This document shows, piece after piece, positions 63,656 to 64,000 of a stretch of 64,000 nt of DNA. The stretch's first letter is position 1; every line of letters begins with the position of its first letter. Both the position numbers and the translations under genes were made by a program. A model generated the notes under the pieces. That model had not been told where the DNA came from. It did no database searches and saw nothing but the letters and a program-made list of their open reading frames with translations. Origin of the DNA: an uncultured bacterium (GTDB taxonomy: Bacteria; Joyebacterota; Joyebacteria; Joyebacterales; Joyebacteraceae); assembly GCA_964516845.1 (NCBI GenBank), contig CAZEXP010000001.1, positions 124,665-188,664 on the forward strand. Direction: 5' to 3'.

Positions 63656-63727
63656 GCATGGGTTCCATCGGGATCAATGCATAATAGCCGACAGGCAGAA
63701 CGATTCACTCTCTACACAGGTGATGCG

Positions 63728-64000
63728 ATGGCAACGACGAGCAATGATTTCCGCAACGGAATGGTCATCCGGAAGGACGGCAAGCTCTACTCGATCGTCG
63801 AGTTTCTGCACGTCAAGCCCGGCAAGGGCGGCGCCTTTGTCAGAAGCAAGCTCAAGGACGTCAAGTCGGGGAAGGTGCTCGATATCACGTGGCGCGCCGG
63901 GGAGAAGGTCGAGAGCGTTCGGCTGGAGCGTGTCACCGCACAGTTCCTTTACCGGGACGAGCATCTCAATTTCATGAAGATGGACAACTTCGAGCAGATA
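63728..64000 (+). CDS. efp: Elongation factor P, N-terminal 91 codons (3' truncated by window edge; absent from ORF track)
   Basis: [45 protein letters not shown] is the conserved EF-P KOW domain including the KPGKG loop. Confidence 0.85.
   Translation, partial: MATTSNDFRNGMVIRKDGKLYSIVEFLHVKPGKGGAFVRSKLKDVKSGKVLDITWRAGEKVESVRLERVTAQFLYRDEHLNFMKMDNFEQI

Overview
High-GC (about 68-70%) bacterial chromosomal segment with compact, often translationally coupled genes (ATGA/GTGA overlaps). Almost every real gene from 6.2 kb to 57 kb lies on the + strand. The many long antisense ORFs in the track are GC artefacts. Content in order along the window: (1) ychF 3' end, the rpsF-rpsR-rplI ribosomal operon, a parvulin-type PPIase lipoprotein, an ArsB/NhaD-type permease, and a minus-strand secreted protein. 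(2) selA (selenocysteine synthase), coupled to a membrane protein that combines a degenerate MinD/ParA-like domain, 3 x 33-bp tandem repeats and a C-terminal SPOR domain; then smc-ftsY. (3) A textbook FMN riboswitch (promoter, aptamer, intrinsic terminator) driving ribD-ribE-ribBA-ribH-nusB. (4) A roughly 28.5-kb single-strand cell-surface glycan locus (19.3-47.8 kb). It holds many GT2/GT4/GT9 transferases, a radical-SAM/SPASM + DUF362 + methyltransferase module, two polyprenyl-phosphate-sugar synthases with two GT-C type membrane transferases (YfhO, DUF2029), a GT2::polyprenyl-glycosylphosphotransferase fusion, a CapD-DegT-acyltransferase amino-sugar module, a Wzx-like flippase, two paralogous AlkP/phosphodiesterase-family proteins flanking a heptosyltransferase, and a beta-propeller protein with a T9SS-type C-terminal sorting domain. 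(5) A bacterial microcompartment (BMC) locus (48.1-54.8 kb): PduL, 2 BMC-H, 3 BMC-P, 1 tandem BMC-T, acylating aldehyde dehydrogenase, PduS/RnfC-like Fe-S flavoprotein and a class II aldolase. Cargo enzymes carry terminal amphipathic extensions. This is an aldolase-type (PVM-like) BMC. (6) sppA, then a promoter with a long leader feeding an HU-like gene, an unannotated 31-aa bS22-like ribosomal protein gene and a PilZ gene. A minus-strand lipoprotein (CxxCH motif) + beta-barrel OMP pair follows, then TPR/lipoprotein genes and the 5' end of efp, which is absent from the ORF track. No CRISPR arrays, tRNAs, rRNAs or obvious mobile elements were seen.
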